A stretch of 55,990 nt of DNA from Flavobacteriales bacterium (GCA_024641785.1 JAHECK010000004.1:1-55990); one strand, 5' to 3'; positions 19,914-29,767 are shown, numbered from the stretch's first letter. The notes: generated by a model from the sequence alone, not told the origin. Made by a program: numbers and translations.

Positions 19914-20621
19914 ATGACTATGAAACAACGTATATTACTTGTCGAAGACGAAGAAGGAATAAGGGAAAACCTTAAACTTAATCTAGAGCTTGAAGACTAT
20001 AAAGTAGTCGCAGTTGAACGTGGTAATCAAGCACTCGAAAAGTTTAAAAGCGAAAAATTCGACCTTATTCTATTAGATGTTATGATCCCGGAGATCAATG
20101 GATTTGACGTTCTTAAGATCATCCGACTCCAAAATACCCAGATCCCTGTTTTGTTTCTGACCGCTAAAAATACTTCGAGCGATATTATTGAAGGCTTAAA
20201 AATCGGTGCCGACGACTATATTACCAAGCCTTTTAATCTGGAAGAATTATTATTACGGGTTCAAAAACTATTGTTTAGAACTCAGCAGGATAAACCCGAA
20301 AGCAAAACAGAAGTACTTAATTTCGGTGCGAATATGGTTAATTTTAAAACTTTTGAAAGTAAAAATTATTTAAATGAGTATAAACGACTTTCAAAAAAAG
20401 AAATTCTTCTATTAAAACTGCTTTCCGATAGTGAAAATGAAGTGGTCTCAAGAAATGAGATTCTTGAAAAAATATGGGGTTATGAAATTTTTCCTTCTAC
20501 CCGAACCATCGACAATTACATTTTAGCATTTAGAAAACATTTTGAAGAAGATGCAAGAAACCCTAAATACTTTTTTAGTATCAGAGGTGTAGGTTATAAA
20601 ATGATTATTCCGAAGGATTAA
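19914..20621 (+). CDS. OmpR/PhoB-family response regulator (start ATG 19914 or 19920)
   Basis: ILLVEDE, LILLDVMIP (phosphoacceptor Asp), FLTAK, GADDYITKPF and winged helix TRTIDNYI...IRGVGY. Confidence 0.95.
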   Translation: MTMKQRILLVEDEEGIRENLKLNLELEDYKVVAVERGNQALEKFKSEKFDLILLDVMIPEINGFDVLKIIRLQNTQIPVLFLTAKNTSSDIIEGLKIGADDYITKPFNLEELLLRVQKLLFRTQQDKPESKTEVLNFGANMVNFKTFESKNYLNEYKRLSKKEILLLKLLSDSENEVVSRNEILEKIWGYEIFPSTRTIDNYILAFRKHFEEDARNPKYFFSIRGVGYKMIIPKD

Positions 20622-21949
20622 TTCTTCTTTTTTTCTAATCCAAAAGACAATAAAACCATTCCTAAAACAGCGGCTAATATCGAAGCCGTCATAATCCCAA
20701 CTTTGGCGATCTGAACATTCTGTTCATTAATAAATGCCAGATCGGAAATAAACATCGACATGGTAAATCCAATTCCAGCCAGCATAGCCATTCCATACAT
20801 CATTTTCCAATTTACGCCTTCTGGCAATGAAGCAAATTTGAAATGTACGAGCAACTTTGTGATTAAAGTGATTCCAACAAACTTACCTCCTACTAAACCT
20901 ATAATAATCCCAATGGATATGGGATGAAATAGCATGTTGATAATACTCCCTTCGATATGAACACCCGCATTTGCTAAGGCAAAAAGGGGTAGAATAAAAT
21001 AGGTTACTATAGGATGCAGCGAATGTTCCAACTGTTGCAATGGTGTATGTGCATCTTTACTTAATCTTAACGTTTCATCGATAAGATGCGCTTCTTTTTG
21101 AGAGTGAAGTGAACTCTGTTTAAGAATTTTTTTCTTAAATCGGCTTACAATACCTTCAAGTTTAATAATGAATTCCTCTTTTGTGATCTTTGTATGTACA
21201 GGAATAGTAAAGGCTATCAAAACACCTGCTAAGGTTGCATGAACTCCTGAAAAAACAAAAGAGATCCACACTCCTAATAGACCAACCACTCCATAAAAAG
21301 TACTGCTTCTTATTCTCATTCTATTTGCAATGATCAGAACTGCTATGAAGATCCCGGCATTTATTAATTCCGTAAAATCGATGCTTTCGGTATAAAATAA
21401 TGCGATTACGATAATGGCTCCTAAATCGTCCGCAATGGCTAAAGCGGTTAAAAAAATCTTTAATTGAATTGGAACCCTATCCCCCAATAAAGATAATAAT
21501 CCAAGGGCAAAAGCAATATCAGTAGCCATTGGGACTCCCCATCCTTTGATATTTTCGGGATTATTATAATTGAAAACAACAAAAAACAATGCAGGTACGA
21601 TCATACCACCTATCGCAGCCATTATAGGTAAAAAAGCTTTTTGTTTAGTAGATAACTCTCCAGCCATCACTTCACGCTTGATCTCTAAACCGATAACAAA
21701 GAAAAACAAAGCCATTAAACCGTCATTGATCCAATGATGCAGGTTAGCTGTTAAATCAATAGTCCCGAATTTTAATGATAGGATCAGATCATGCCATAAA
21801 TAGTGATAGCTATCGTACCAAGGAGAATTAGCCCAAATGATGGCAATTATGGAAACTAATATCAGGATAACCCCGCCAATGGATTCTTCCCCAATAAAAT
21901 TCTTAATACTAAATGAAGATTCTGTGGTGTGTTCTAGGTCGTTTTTCAT
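20618..21949 (-). CDS. nhaA: Na+/H+ antiporter NhaA
   Basis: WINDGLMALFFFVIGLEIKRE, GWGVPMATDIAF, LAIADDLGAI, SGVHATLAGV and GIGFTMSMFI. Confidence 0.97.
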   Translation of the reverse strand: MKNDLEHTTESSFSIKNFIGEESIGGVILILVSIIAIIWANSPWYDSYHYLWHDLILSLKFGTIDLTANLHHWINDGLMALFFFVIGLEIKREVMAGELSTKQKAFLPIMAAIGGMIVPALFFVVFNYNNPENIKGWGVPMATDIAFALGLLSLLGDRVPIQLKIFLTALAIADDLGAIIVIALFYTESIDFTELINAGIFIAVLIIANRMRIRSSTFYGVVGLLGVWISFVFSGVHATLAGVLIAFTIPVHTKITKEEFIIKLEGIVSRFKKKILKQSSLHSQKEAHLIDETLRLSKDAHTPLQQLEHSLHPIVTYFILPLFALANAGVHIEGSIINMLFHPISIGIIIGLVGGKFVGITLITKLLVHFKFASLPEGVNWKMMYGMAMLAGIGFTMSMFISDLAFINEQNVQIAKVGIMTASILAAVLGMVLLSFGLEKKKN

Positions 21950-21990
21950 TATTTACTGAAACCTTTTCAAAAATGAAAATACAAAAAAAA

Positions 21991-22088
21991 GGGTAAGTTA
22001 CTTTATTCGCACCGCTACAACCCAATACCCTTGCTTTCTTCCGAACCTGGGGGATTCTCGGGGAGCTGGTCGATAAAGACTTACCCCC
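21991..22088 (-). ncRNA. ffs: signal recognition particle RNA (small 4.5S type)
   Basis: Minus strand reads GGGGGUAAGUCUUUAUCG...CCCCAGGUUCGGAAGAAAGCAAGGGU...CGAAUAAAGUAACUUACCC. This is one long hairpin (GGGUAAGU/ACUUACCC closing stem) with a domain IV CAGG...GGAA...AGCA motif. It has a TAnnTTTG promoter immediately upstream and a U8 tract immediately downstream. Confidence 0.92.
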
Positions 22089-22090
22089 TG

Positions 22091-22098
22091 CAAAAGTA
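22091..22098 (-). promoter_or_regulatory. -7 promoter element of ffs
   Basis: TACTTTTG on the minus strand, directly upstream of the SRP hairpin. Confidence 0.75.
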
Positions 22099-22148
22099 TA
22101 AAACAGATAATAATAAGCAACTTTAAGTTAATTTATTAATGACCTTAT

Positions 22149-22156
22149 TATATTTG
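22149..22156 (+). promoter_or_regulatory. -7 promoter element for the DUF4199-GT2 pair
   Basis: TATATTTG, 23 nt upstream of ATG 22180 and divergent from the ffs promoter. Confidence 0.65.
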
Positions 22157-22179
22157 TTACTCACCAAAACGATTAAACC

Positions 22180-22725
22180 ATGATACATCCTCTATCTTAC
22201 AAGAGCGGATTGATTGCCGCAACAGTAACCATAGCCTATACTTTAATAGCTTATGTTGTTGGTATTGAATTATTTACTAATTTCTGGATACCAATGGTTA
22301 TTATTTTTGGGATATTAATTTATCTAATTTTATCCTTAAAAAAAGTTCGTGAGTCATTAGGAACAATGTCTTTTCAAGAAGGCTTTTTAAACTTTGCTGT
22401 GATGGCTGCTATCTATGTTTTTGTTTCGCAACTGTTTAATTTTTTACTTTTAAACGTAATCGATCCTGAATTCGGAGTAACCGTAAACGATGTTATAATT
22501 GAAAAAGCCATTGGAATGATGGAACGATTTGGAGCACCTGAAAATGAAATAGAAAAAGCATTAGTAGATATGGAAAATGATTTTGAATCTCAAAAATCAT
22601 TCGTAGGAGCTTTGTGGGGTTGGGTCAAATTTTACGGATTTTTTATTATTGTAGGATTAATTGTAGCTGCTGTGATGAAAACAAAAAAACCGGAATTTTC
22701 AATAACTGTAGAAGAAGTTGAGTAA
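22180..22725 (+). CDS. DUF4199-like four-TM membrane protein
   Basis: Four hydrophobic helices, MSFQEGF and FNFLLLNVIDPEF pattern, typical position upstream of a GT2 in Bacteroidota. Confidence 0.75.
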   Translation: MIHPLSYKSGLIAATVTIAYTLIAYVVGIELFTNFWIPMVIIFGILIYLILSLKKVRESLGTMSFQEGFLNFAVMAAIYVFVSQLFNFLLLNVIDPEFGVTVNDVIIEKAIGMMERFGAPENEIEKALVDMENDFESQKSFVGALWGWVKFYGFFIIVGLIVAAVMKTKKPEFSITVEEVE

Positions 22726-23677
22726 ACTAGATATTTCAATTGTTATTCCCCTCTTAAATGAAGAGGAATCTTTAGTCGAATTGGTCCCCTGGATCGATTC
22801 AATATTAATTGAAAATAAATTGAATGGCGAGATCGTATTAGTTGACGATGGAAGCACTGATCATTCATGGGATGTCATTGCGTCATTGAAAACCAAATGT
22901 CAAATAAAAGCCATTCGCTTTAAAAGAAATTATGGGAAGTCGGCAGCTTTAAACACCGGCTTCCAAAATACAAGTGGGAAAGTGGTCATTACCATGGATG
23001 CTGACTTACAAGACTCACCTGATGAAATTCCTGAATTGTATCGAATGATCAATGAGGATGGATATGACATCGTTTCCGGATGGAAGAAAAAAAGATTTGA
23101 TCCACTAACAAAAACCTTACCCACCAAGATCTTTAATGGGGTGAATCGCTGGATGTCCGGAATTGCACTTCATGATATGAATTGCGGATTAAAAGCCTAC
23201 GACAGCAGAGTAACAAAAAACATAGAAGTTTACGGTGAAATGCATCGCTATATCCCTGTCATTGCAAAGAGTAAAGGATATTCTAAAATAGGCGAAAAAG
23301 TAGTCGCACATCAAGCGAGAAAATACGGTAATACTAAATTTGGTATGGAACGATTTATAAATGGCTTTCTTGATCTATTGACCATCACTTTTGTGTCTCG
23401 CTTCAGTAAAAAACCAATGCATTTTTTTGGTGCTTTAGGAACCCTGATGTTTTTTATCGGATTTTTGGTTACCGCTTGGTTGATGATCTCTAAGATCTAT
23501 AGTTTATATCAGGGAAATCCAAATCGATTGATCACCGAAGAACCCGGTTTCTACTTTTCTTTATTCATTATGACCATTGGTACTCAACTATTTCTTACAG
23601 GATTTTTAGCTGAGCTTATCAGTAGAAATGCCCCTGACAGAAATCAATATGATATCGAAGAAACGCTCAATATATAA
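22718..23677 (+). CDS. GT2 polyprenol-phosphate glycosyltransferase (ArnC/DPM1-like), TTG start
   Basis: ISIVIPLLNEEESL, VDDGSTD, RNYGKSAAL, TMDADLQD, DMNCGLKAY, GEMHRYIP and two C-terminal TM helices. Confidence 0.93.
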   Translation: MSKLDISIVIPLLNEEESLVELVPWIDSILIENKLNGEIVLVDDGSTDHSWDVIASLKTKCQIKAIRFKRNYGKSAALNTGFQNTSGKVVITMDADLQDSPDEIPELYRMINEDGYDIVSGWKKKRFDPLTKTLPTKIFNGVNRWMSGIALHDMNCGLKAYDSRVTKNIEVYGEMHRYIPVIAKSKGYSKIGEKVVAHQARKYGNTKFGMERFINGFLDLLTITFVSRFSKKPMHFFGALGTLMFFIGFLVTAWLMISKIYSLYQGNPNRLITEEPGFYFSLFIMTIGTQLFLTGFLAELISRNAPDRNQYDIEETLNI

Positions 23678-23679
23678 GT

Positions 23680-24057
23680 TTACTTATACGCGATAAGCGA
23701 GATCTCAATATTTACATTTAAGGGTAAAGCCGAAACTTGAACTGTTTCTCTTGCAGGTGGTTCTGAAGTAAAATAATTCCCATAAACGGAGTTCATTTCT
23801 GCAAAATCTGCCATGTCTTTCAAGAAGATCGAACATTTTACGACATTCGAAAAGCTCATTTCCGATTCTTTTAAAATAGCCGCCAAATTCTCCATTACTT
23901 GTTTCGTTTCGGTTTTAATATCCTGATTATTCAGCTTTCCGGTAGCGGGCACAAGTGCAACCTGTCCACTACAATATAACGTTCCATTAATGAGTACTGC
24001 TTGACTATAAGGTCCAACCGGAGCCGGAGCCAGGTCACTTTTAATTACTTTTTTCAC
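23680..24057 (-). CDS. ridA: RidA/YjgF enamine-imine deaminase
   Basis: APAPVGPYSQAV, YCSGQV, FAEMNSVY, PPARETVQV (catalytic Arg) and LP..V.IEIS. Confidence 0.9.
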   Translation of the reverse strand: MKKVIKSDLAPAPVGPYSQAVLINGTLYCSGQVALVPATGKLNNQDIKTETKQVMENLAAILKESEMSFSNVVKCSIFLKDMADFAEMNSVYGNYFTSEPPARETVQVSALPLNVNIEISLIAYK

Positions 24058-24060
24058 GCT

Positions 24061-25014
24061 TTAATTATTATATAAAATTAACTCGGGTGTTTTTAACATT
24101 TTTTCAATTCCTGCACTCAGACTGATCAAATCCCGGTCTAAAACCTTTCTCATTTTACTATTATCGGGTTGTCTTCTTTTCATATCTCCATCTTCCAATG
24201 GGGCAAGAAAAATAATTTTTGATTTAGAACCTGTAATGGCAATGATCAATTCAGCCAACTCCAAAATAGTGATCACTTCATGACTTCCAACATTAACGAT
24301 CTCATTAACCATCAGATCATTTTGAAAACATTTCAATGTAAAGTCAATATTATCATCGATATAGCAAAAAGTTCTCGTTTGATTACCTTCGCCAAAGATG
24401 GTAATGTCCTCATTTTTCAAAGCAGCAGCTAAAAATTTAGAAATAACAAAATCGCGACTCTGACGAGGCCCGTAAGTATTGAAAAATCTAAAAATGCTGT
24501 AATCCAACCCATATTCCTGTTGGTAGGATTTTAAATAAGCCTCTCCTACATTTTTAACTACTGCATAAGGAACTCTTGAGTTTAAAGGAGTATAGATCTC
24601 ATTCTGTGGAATATGAACCGGTTCGCCATATACTTCAGATGATGAAGAATAATGAACTCGTTTAACCCCTGTATTTTTAGAAAGATCCAAAATATTTCTG
24701 ATGCCTTCGATATCCTTTAAAACCGCTAATGGATTTTCTTGCGTTCTCTGCACGCCTACCATAGCTGCATAATGAAAAACATAATCAAATCGATGGGATA
24801 GCATCACATCAGTGATCTCATCTTTTACATTAACATCCCCTTTAATAAAAGTCCAGTTAGCATTATTTGATGAAGGGAGTTTTTCTTTAGAACCCGTTAT
24901 TAGGTTATCAAATATAACTACCTGGTGATCTTCTGATAAGAGTAAGCCATTTGCAAGTGCACTTCCAATATTTCCAGCTCCTCCTGTGATCAATATTTTC
25001 TTTTTTCTGCTCAT
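24061..25014 (-). CDS. NAD-dependent nucleotide-sugar epimerase/dehydratase (extended SDR)
   Basis: ITGGAGNIG, SSSSEVYG, YAVVK (YxxxK), RFFNTYGPRQ and QTRTFCYIDD. Confidence 0.93.
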   Translation of the reverse strand: MSRKKKILITGGAGNIGSALANGLLLSEDHQVVIFDNLITGSKEKLPSSNNANWTFIKGDVNVKDEITDVMLSHRFDYVFHYAAMVGVQRTQENPLAVLKDIEGIRNILDLSKNTGVKRVHYSSSSEVYGEPVHIPQNEIYTPLNSRVPYAVVKNVGEAYLKSYQQEYGLDYSIFRFFNTYGPRQSRDFVISKFLAAALKNEDITIFGEGNQTRTFCYIDDNIDFTLKCFQNDLMVNEIVNVGSHEVITILELAELIIAITGSKSKIIFLAPLEDGDMKRRQPDNSKMRKVLDRDLISLSAGIEKMLKTPELILYNN

Positions 25015-25817
25015 TTAAATAAGTGCATAATAATTGAATACGGAATTAAAATCTCTGAAGGGCCCATAGAGTAGGGAGCAATATCGTAGCTATTGAAATA
25101 AAATAATAAACCTTGGTCGGTGAAAGCAAAATTTGTACTCAATTCAAATACATTATTTTCAAACCAATATCCCATTGAATCAAAAGAAGTCTTCGTCCCG
25201 ATATCATAATTTTTTCTAAATATATTTTCTCCGATTTTAGTCACTTCTTTTAAAGAAGCTTCGTTAAAGATCATGGTCAGACCTAAAGAATCGCCGGTTT
25301 GTGGATCGAAATTTCTTAAATAGATATATTCATTTGGGTGTGCTCCTCCATAAAAACTATTGATGTTACAACTAAAGGATAAAACTCTTTTTTGAATCGA
25401 TAGCCATTCCGCTTCTCTTATGTCATACCATGCTATACTATAATCATCATCTAAGAAAATAGAATCTTTTTTAAAGCTATCATAATCCAATATAAATTGA
25501 TCACAGAGCTCTTTTGGATTGCCCGCTTCTTCTCCTAAAATGATACGATCTATCGATTCGGTGATTTTAGAAAGCACCTCATCCCCTAGCTGATGAGTAA
25601 ATTGAGGGTAGTTTATAGAAATATAGGAGCAGTCTCCTTCATTAATATCACAATCTTTATAAGAACAAAGCACTTCTTTAACTTCAAAATGATAATGTTC
25701 AGCATTAAAATCCGAATCAACTCCTCCTTCACTTTCACAAGAACTTAAAACAATTGCACTTAAAACAAAAACAAGGATAGATAGAGCTCTCAAAATATTA
25801 ATTTTTCTTAAAACCAT
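25011..25817 (-). CDS. DUF4163/DUF3298 (RsiV/PdaC-like) lipoprotein
   Basis: Lipobox LSSC, INYPQF, YGGAHP, NFDPQTG and FYFNSYDIAPYSMG...IPY. Confidence 0.85.
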   Translation of the reverse strand: MVLRKINILRALSILVFVLSAIVLSSCESEGGVDSDFNAEHYHFEVKEVLCSYKDCDINEGDCSYISINYPQFTHQLGDEVLSKITESIDRIILGEEAGNPKELCDQFILDYDSFKKDSIFLDDDYSIAWYDIREAEWLSIQKRVLSFSCNINSFYGGAHPNEYIYLRNFDPQTGDSLGLTMIFNEASLKEVTKIGENIFRKNYDIGTKTSFDSMGYWFENNVFELSTNFAFTDQGLLFYFNSYDIAPYSMGPSEILIPYSIIMHLFK

Positions 25818-25872
25818 GATTCAGAGTAAAAATAAATCAAAATTTCACGTTCTTTGACTATTATTAATAATA

Positions 25873-27819
25873 ATGAGAAAATCTTCATTTCTTTTCATCT
25901 CTTTTATCCTACTTCAATTTTTTTCTTCCAGTCTAAAGGCACAGCGAAATATTGATCTAATGATATTTAAAGCCCAACAAATGATCATGAATAATGATTA
26001 TTTAGAAGCAATTAAAAGTTGCAATGAGATAATAACCGTAAAACCTTATTTATATGAACCTTATTTTTTAAGAGGGGTTTCAAAATTTTATCTAGAAGAC
26101 TTTAAAGGCGCAAACAATGATCTTACAAAGGCAATTGAGATAAAACCAAATAGCACAAGTGCCTACCATTACAGAGCGCTTTCGCGTGAAAGGATTTACG
26201 ATTTTGATGGTTCATTGCAGGATTTTGGGGAAGCTATCAGACAAAGCCCGAATGATCCTCAACTTTACATTAATAGAGCCATCACTTTTTTGTATTTAAA
26301 TCAATATTATGATGCTATTGGTAATTGCAATATTGCCATTCGAATTGATCCCAATATCGAAAATACCTATATGATCAGAGGGGCTGCAAAAACAGGCCTT
26401 GATCATTTTATTGAAGCGCTTGATGATTATAATAAAACCATTAAAATCAATCGATTTAATCATAATGCCTATTTAAGAAGAGGGATGATCCGTTTCGAAC
26501 TTGAAGATATTGATGGTGCTCTTCTCGATTTTAATGAATCGATCGGATTAAACCCTGAAAACTCCTTTGCTTATTTCAATCGGGCAATGGTGTATGCAAA
26601 ACAAAATAATTATGATTCTGCTCTAACAGATCTAAATACTGTTATTAATATCGACCCGAAAAATTCGCTTAGTTATTTCAATCGAGCGATGATCTACACA
26701 GATATGGGCGAGTTGGATAATGCAATATCTGATTATTCAATGGTGGTACAGTACAATAAGGATAATCTGCTAGTCTACTTTAATAGAGGAAATTTATATA
26801 TGCAGAAAAAAGAGTATTCAAAAGCAGTGAAAGATTATAGCGAAGCGATCCGAATTTACCCTGATTTTGCAGATGCTTATGCGAATAGATCTGTTGCGCG
26901 TTCTCAATTAAAACAAAACGATCTGGCAACCCTGGATTATGATATAGCAAGACAATTGAAAGAAGAACACTATTCAAAAACACATGAGGAATTAGTAGCA
27001 GAAGAAGATAAAATTCAAAGCTTGATCGAATTTGAAGCTGAGTTCTTTCAATCAGAAAAAGAAAAACAACAATTACAAAACAAAGAGTTCGAAATTGATC
27101 TGCTTCAAGATTTCAGCATTCTATGGAATATAAAAAATGATGCTTCAGAATATTATGATTTTAGACTAAATCAAATAGGTTCAAAAATGGGAATTAAAAT
27201 AGATGCAAGAATGAACTATAATGAATTATCAGAAAATGATGTCAGAAATAAAATTGATAGTTTGGAAAATGTACTCATTCAATTTCCTGAATCGGTTAAA
27301 GATTGGTACCTGCACGCCGTTCTCAATACAGAAATTAAAAACTACCATGTCGCTATTGGAGATTATGATCAAATAATACAACTCGACAGTAATTTTGCTC
27401 CGGCCTATTTAAACAAAGGTGTAATTCAATCAAAATTGGCCTTAATGTATAATGCTTTTAATAATTCGCAAAGCGGTTCGTTTCTGGTTAAAGATCAACC
27501 GGAATACAGCAGTGAGGGTAATGATGCGTCCAGCATTATAAATAATTTTAAGAAAGCACAACAATTGATTCCCGATCTTCCTTATTCATATTATAATTTA
27601 GCGAATATTTATTGTAAGCAACTCGAATACAATAAAGGCTTGGAATATTATGATAAAGCGATTGAAATCAACCCGGATATGGGCGAAGCTTATTACAATA
27701 AAGGAATTACAATGATCTATTTAGGAGACACTGATAATGGCTGTTTTTATATAGGTAAATCCGGAGAATTGGGCGTTGAAGAAGCCTATTCGGTTTTGAA
27801 ACGATATTGCAATAAATAG
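25873..27819 (+). CDS. exported tetratricopeptide-repeat protein
   Basis: Signal peptide and many 34-aa TPR units (AYFNRAMVYAKQNNYDSALTDLNTVINIDP and similar) in two blocks separated by a non-repeat linker. Confidence 0.92.
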   Translation: MRKSSFLFISFILLQFFSSSLKAQRNIDLMIFKAQQMIMNNDYLEAIKSCNEIITVKPYLYEPYFLRGVSKFYLEDFKGANNDLTKAIEIKPNSTSAYHYRALSRERIYDFDGSLQDFGEAIRQSPNDPQLYINRAITFLYLNQYYDAIGNCNIAIRIDPNIENTYMIRGAAKTGLDHFIEALDDYNKTIKINRFNHNAYLRRGMIRFELEDIDGALLDFNESIGLNPENSFAYFNRAMVYAKQNNYDSALTDLNTVINIDPKNSLSYFNRAMIYTDMGELDNAISDYSMVVQYNKDNLLVYFNRGNLYMQKKEYSKAVKDYSEAIRIYPDFADAYANRSVARSQLKQNDLATLDYDIARQLKEEHYSKTHEELVAEEDKIQSLIEFEAEFFQSEKEKQQLQNKEFEIDLLQDFSILWNIKNDASEYYDFRLNQIGSKMGIKIDARMNYNELSENDVRNKIDSLENVLIQFPESVKDWYLHAVLNTEIKNYHVAIGDYDQIIQLDSNFAPAYLNKGVIQSKLALMYNAFNNSQSGSFLVKDQPEYSSEGNDASSIINNFKKAQQLIPDLPYSYYNLANIYCKQLEYNKGLEYYDKAIEINPDMGEAYYNKGITMIYLGDTDNGCFYIGKSGELGVEEAYSVLKRYCNK

Positions 27820-27866
27820 CTTGTAGAAAAAGTGCTTGTTTTTGTTCAAAATAGTAAATCAATAAC

Positions 27867-29135
27867 TTGATCGTCATAATTTTACTCTTACTGATCTTTG
27901 CCATCCTCTTTCGCTGGGGGTCGTTTTTCACAGCAAGCAATATCCATTGGATGATATTACTTATTTTATTGCTTTTAAAAACGAGTGTAGGCTATTTATC
28001 TTATTATTATCACAATCATTATTTCGCCGGAGGAGATAGTGCTATCTATTTAAATAGCGCCAAAGATCTTATAAGCTACAGTGGGAATAGTCCGCTAACT
28101 TACTTTAAGTTGTTTTTTAATATAAACAGAGGAATTCCCGAATGGGAAGCAGTATATAGTCAAATTATTTACTGGGATAGCCCATCCAATCTCAATTTTA
28201 TCAATGATAATCGAAATGCCATTCGCATTAACTCACTCGTTAGTCTTTTTAGTTTTAATAATATAGTTGCTCATTTATTGATCCTTAATTTTCTGACCAT
28301 TACAGGACTTACTGCATTTTTTCGTGCAATAAACAAACACTTTTCAAACATCCCTCCTTCTTTCCTGTTTGTCGCCTTGTTTTTAAGTCCCAGCGTTCTA
28401 TTTTGGACCTCAGGAATATTAAAAGAAACAAATACTGTCTTTATACTTGGTCTATATATTTTCTATTTTGAGAAATTCATAGGCGACTTAAGCCTGAAAA
28501 ATGGATTTCTACTGTTGCTCTTTGGGGTAGGACTAATATTAGTCAGAACTTATTTTGCTTGTATTGTACTTTCCATAAGTATGGTTAGTCTCCTCATTCA
28601 TAAGCTTAAAATAACGAAAGTAAGTTATCAGATCCTGATCTTTGCGCTGGGGTTTTCTATCTTCCTGTCTTCCTTTTACTTATTCAAAGTTGATCTGTTT
28701 CAACTCATTTCAGAGAAGCAAGATGCATTTATTAGAATTGGTAGATCCGCAAATTCTTATTTTCAACTGGCAGTATTAGAAAAGCCGCTGGATTTAATCA
28801 TTTATTTTCCACAAGCGATGATGAATGTATTTATTCAGCCTCAGCTTTATACCCTAGACAACTTTCTTTACTTATTTCCAATCATCGAAAATATTGATAT
28901 CCTCTTTTTCTGTGCACTCGCTTTGTGGTTTAGAAAAAAACCGTCCAAAGAAAACAGACTAATCTTAATATCTTTTATTCTTATTTATATTCTAAGCTCA
29001 TGGTTAATTGGGATCACAATACCTATTCAGGGAGCCATATCAAGATATAAAGCAATAAGTCAAATATTCCTTTTGATATTCTTATTTTCTTTCATCGACT
29101 GGAAAAGATTACTAGACAACTATTTTTCAGAATAA
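27867..29135 (+). CDS. polytopic membrane protein, possibly Wzy/GT-C-like (start uncertain, TTG)
   Basis: About 10 hydrophobic segments, an acidic first loop (GGDSAIY), PSVLFWTSGILKE and a C-terminal GAISRYK. Confidence 0.6.
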   Translation: MIVIILLLLIFAILFRWGSFFTASNIHWMILLILLLLKTSVGYLSYYYHNHYFAGGDSAIYLNSAKDLISYSGNSPLTYFKLFFNINRGIPEWEAVYSQIIYWDSPSNLNFINDNRNAIRINSLVSLFSFNNIVAHLLILNFLTITGLTAFFRAINKHFSNIPPSFLFVALFLSPSVLFWTSGILKETNTVFILGLYIFYFEKFIGDLSLKNGFLLLLFGVGLILVRTYFACIVLSISMVSLLIHKLKITKVSYQILIFALGFSIFLSSFYLFKVDLFQLISEKQDAFIRIGRSANSYFQLAVLEKPLDLIIYFPQAMMNVFIQPQLYTLDNFLYLFPIIENIDILFFCALALWFRKKPSKENRLILISFILIYILSSWLIGITIPIQGAISRYKAISQIFLLIFLFSFIDWKRLLDNYFSE

Positions 29136-29767
29136 AGAGGAAGGTTGTTTTTTTTAAGTCTGAATTCCATGTCCGAAATGAGTGTATTGATCTTAATTTT
29201 AAAGCACCTCCCATCTTCATAATAATAATGGTTAGTACATCCTCCAGGGAAATCTATTTTGTAATTATCTACTCCCTCCTTTTCAATTTTAAAATTATCA
29301 CAAAACCGCTCTGAAAAAACCCAGGCTTCTTTTACAGGTTCTTTAAAATACATTTCCATAGCAGTATGACGGAGAGGGCTATCGATCACCTTTTTGAGTT
29401 TACCTTCTTCATATACATTGAATTTATTGTCTTCACGCAGGACCAGATTAGACTCTTTCTTAGTGTTATTCAAATAATATGAAAATTCAGAAGACTGATA
29501 TTCCCCTTTAGAATCAAAAGAAGTTAAGTAAGAAAATTGGATGTGAAACATAAATAACAATCTATAATCGGCATTACTGCTAGCCACGTAAGAAAAAGTG
29601 GAGTCGCTTTTCATATTTTTTATTACATACATTTCTCCAATTATCTCATTATTCACAAATAGTTCATAGCTTAAAGTATCACTCTTTGATTGCCCATTTA
29701 ATTGAATTGAAAGCAACCCAAAAAGAATTAAACTCGTATATAAAAGAATCGTGTAAGTTACTTTCAT
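29120..29767 (-). CDS. exported DUF6134-like protein (start taken at MKVT)
   Basis: Signal peptide, beta-rich body, and a MYFKEP...VFSERF...YYYEDG.C pattern recalled for this Bacteroidota family. Confidence 0.6.
   Translation of the reverse strand: MKVTYTILLYTSLILFGLLSIQLNGQSKSDTLSYELFVNNEIIGEMYVIKNMKSDSTFSYVASSNADYRLLFMFHIQFSYLTSFDSKGEYQSSEFSYYLNNTKKESNLVLREDNKFNVYEEGKLKKVIDSPLRHTAMEMYFKEPVKEAWVFSERFCDNFKIEKEGVDNYKIDFPGGCTNHYYYEDGRCFKIKINTLISDMEFRLKKNNLPLYSEK

Noticed and set aside
21991-22088. Riboswitch (e.g. sodium-sensing) leader for nhaA
   Set aside because: The sequence fits the SRP RNA domain IV motif and single-hairpin architecture much better.
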